Below are positions 60,890-64,000 of a stretch of DNA of 64,000 nucleotides, piece after piece. Under the pieces are notes generated by a model. The model did no database searches. It had not been told where the DNA came from and saw only the letters and a program-made list of their open reading frames with translations. The DNA is from Octopus vulgaris (taxonomy: Eukaryota), in contig OX597814.1 of NCBI GenBank assembly GCA_951406725.2, forward strand, positions 37,014,001-37,078,000. The letters are read 5' to 3'. Positions within the stretch are counted from its first letter, which is position 1; every line of letters begins with the position of its first letter. The position numbers and the translations under genes were made by a program.

Positions 60890-62095
60890 ATGAACAACCT
60901 AACCCTGATATCTTATCTGAAAAATAAAATAGGTCAAGAATAAATAATTTAAGGATATCTGTCTTTTGTTCTAATTATATTTCTAACGAAACATCCAAAT
61001 TTCTTCGAATCATTGGAGGTACTTCTTTGCGATTCTGCTGTATAAAATGGATGGAACATATACTGAAGTTTGTTATTTAACCTCTGCTGGTGCGGGAAAT
61101 GAGCACTGACTCGGAAAATGTAGTAATCCGATCGTCCAAGTTCTGGAGAGTAGGTAGAGTGAGGTAGCACTTCCAGCCCCTCAAGTTTCACAAATTTTCG
61201 CTTAGTCACTTTGGTAGTTTGTGCCGGTGAAATGTTATGTTGTAGGACTGTGCGTCTTCGATTCACCAGTGCCGGATATCACGATTTCAAAGCATCATAT
61301 ACTCGCTCGATTTGTTGAGAAGAAAGGCTAGCGTTCACAGCAAGGCCATCTAGGAGACGTTCAAATTCCGCCAGATACGTAACACGACCCCCTATTCAAA
61401 TCGCCCTTGTTTGACAAAAGGTTCTGAACCCTCGTTGGAAAGAAATCTTGTTGAAACGAAGAGAAGACTTCTCTTATTAGGATTTTGAAAATTAGATCAA
61501 TTATCCATCCCCAGTTACATTTTGGCACCAAAATGCGGGCTTATATAGATTTGGCAGCAATTGTTGGCAAAAGCTCACACTTCTTTGAGCCTGGAATTCT
61601 TTCAGTTTATGAGAAGCGTCTCGGTATCGTCTATTCACAAGGCCGAGATAACGGGCTTGTTGATTGGTGTTTTTTTTTTGTGTGTTTAAGACCAAGTTCT
61701 TACCACAAGCTATGAGTGCCTATGCTTGGCTGTTGCTCACTCATTTCAAGTAAGAATTCATCTTCCACAATAGAAAGTATCGCTGATCTCGGTTTATTTT
61801 CGAAGCTGGTGTCACCTTCATTGCAAGTTTTGTTCCACACATTCGTTGACAATTCCTGGGGCTTCCAAACCATTAAGTCCTTTTGCCGCTACCCTTCCAC
61901 TCAATACTTTTTTCGATAGGCATCCAAAATGGCTCTAATTGCAATTTTTTCACCACTCATTATCAAACATGCAAAGTAAAGAGTGAAACATTTAGATGCG
62001 ATTGGACAAGATATATCAAATTAATGATATAAAATCCGATACAAATTACCAAATATCATTAGTTAAAATCCGAAAAGATCTTTTGACTCAATCTG

Positions 62096-62097
<2 letters not shown>
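60890..62097 (-). pseudogene. Second decayed mariner transposase, convergent orientation
   Basis: LQHNISPAQT....LEVLPHSTYSPELGRSDYYIF (60949-61266). Confidence 0.75.
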
Positions 62098-62138
<41 letters not shown>

Positions 62139-62164
62139 TATGTATGTATATTTAAATATTAAAA

Positions 62165-62590
62165 AACTGGAACAAAAGATACAATAGAAGACAATAAAAC
62201 ATTCGGACAGATACACGATACAAAGGAGAACAGGGGAAACAACAATTAGGACAGACAAAAAAGACGGGTCATTCGTGGCCTTTTTTCCTCTCTCAAGTTC
62301 CAGAAGTCATAACCGTTTTGGGCAGTTACACTTGAGACAGTTCGAGCTGGTTGCCCTGAAAAACGTCTAAGCTTAGAGCATTAGATTTTTTGTATGAAAG
62401 CTAGCGAATGCATACGGCAGCAAAGGCAAAAAATGGAGAACATGGTACACAATTACGAATACAAATAACAAGAAAATAACAACAGGTGTCTTTCGACTGA
62501 AAAGGAATCAAATTGAGCTGGCGTGTATGAAGTGAAAGACTAAAGGCAGGAACATAGGAGATGGACATAAGAGGTATGGGCTGTCAGTAG
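62165..62590 (-). mobile_element. (TA)n-flanked repeat homologous to 41650-42020
   Basis: Collinear shared blocks in reverse complement. Confidence 0.6.
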
Positions 62591-62644
<54 letters not shown>

Positions 62645-63055
62645 TTAATACATACATATTTATATATACATGTGTGAGTCTATTCAAATAATAAGTTTCA
62701 GTCCGTACATTAAGGTTTCACTTAAATGCTTATTAATCTTGTGGTAAGAAGTTCTCTTTACAAAGACAGAAAATATGAGGCTTCATCTTTCAAAATGGAT
62801 ATTCAGCTATTATATCATAATTGTCGCGTTGATTTTATAAATAAAATAATTTAGGTTTTCAGTGTCAAATGTTAAGATAAGTGACCTGAGGTAAAGAAAG
62901 GAATAAAATGAAGTAAAATTTAGCGGAATACCAATGGAGGATTAAAGTAAAGGGATATTACGAATAGCTGCGTAGAAAATATTTATACCTTTCTTTTGTT
63001 TATTTTAATTACACTGTAGCTATATGTTTGTGAACAATATTATTTTTAAGACTGG

Positions 63056-63678
63056 AAGAAGGTGAGCTGGCAGAATCGTTTGCACGCTGGGCAAAATGCT
63101 TAGCGGTATTTCGTCTGCCGCTACGTTCTGAGTTCAAATTCAGCCGAGGTCGACTTTGCTTTTCGTCCTTTCGGGGTCGATTAAATAAGTACCAGTTACG
63201 TACTGGGGTAGGTATAATCGACTAATTCCGTTTGTCTGTCCTTGGTTGTCCTCTCTGTGTATAGCCCCTTGTGACTAGTAAAGAAATAGGTATTTCGTCT
63301 GCCGCTACATTCTGAGTTCAAATTCCGCCGATTCGACTTTGCCTTTCATCCTTTCGGGGTCCATTAATTAAGTACCAGTTAGGCACTGGGGTAAATATAA
63401 TCAACTTAATCCGTTTGTCTGTCCTTGTTGGTCCCCGCTGTGTGTATCCCCTTGTGGGCAGTAAATAAATAAGAATCGTTAGCACGCCGGGCGAAATAGC
63501 TTGCGTATTTTGTCTGTCTTTTCGTTCTGAGTTCAAATTCCGCCGAGGATGACTTTGCTTTTCATCCTTTAGGGGTCGATAAATTAAGTACCTGTTGCGT
63601 ACTGGGGTAGATGTAATCGACTTACCACTCCACCAAAATTTCAGGCCTTGTGCTTATAGTAGAAAAGAATATTATTTT
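63056..63678 (+). mobile_element. Head-to-tail trimer of the tRNA-derived SINE
   Basis: Three successive gagttcaaatt...gactttgc.tt.c.tccttt.gggt...aagtacc units; the first two have the Tx1-like tail, the third has the aggccttgtgc tail. Confidence 0.85.
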
Positions 63679-64000
63679 GAAGACTGTGTGAATTAATATA
63701 TTTCAATGGTATTACTAGCAAATTTAGGAAATATTAATATGCTAAATTGAAACCATAATCGTATATATATATAAAGCTTCCATTTAGATATCTTGGCAAA
63801 ATGTGTTACGAAAAATATATATTGTAGATACTTTATTTTTTATATTTGTGCTGCTCCAGTATATTTCTGTTATAAATTTATTTGAGGAGCGTAATACTTG
63901 CACACTTCGTTCCGTATCTGTCAGAATCTCGGTGTTTGCGATGGGCATCAGTATATTTTACTATCTATGCAATAAAGTAATTCTTTACGTAGGTATATTT

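Overview
AT-rich, microsatellite-saturated eukaryotic DNA. The SINE families and repeat landscape suggest an octopus or other coleoid cephalopod (inference). No host gene could be supported, and most short ORFs are microsatellite artefacts. Two retroelements appear intact. (1) A Tx1/L1-clade LINE (9022-14930), with a truncated relative just upstream; both are flanked on each side by (TATC)n. (2) A Penelope-like element (PLE, 47265-53736) with direct and inverted pseudo-LTRs. The most striking observation is in the PLE: a 535-aa coiled-coil/low-complexity ORF overlaps the RT-GIY-YIG ORF at an in-register HIV-1-like slippery site (T TTT TTA GGG, 50369-50378). This suggests gag-pol-style -1 programmed frameshifting, although a homopolymer error must be excluded. 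Other observations: several canonical and variant hammerhead ribozymes in (TA)n-embedded PLE modules, and a tRNA-SINE family whose 3' stem-loop tail matches the Tx1 LINE. The rest is decayed R4/Dong-like, CR1-like, mariner and Helitron remnants.
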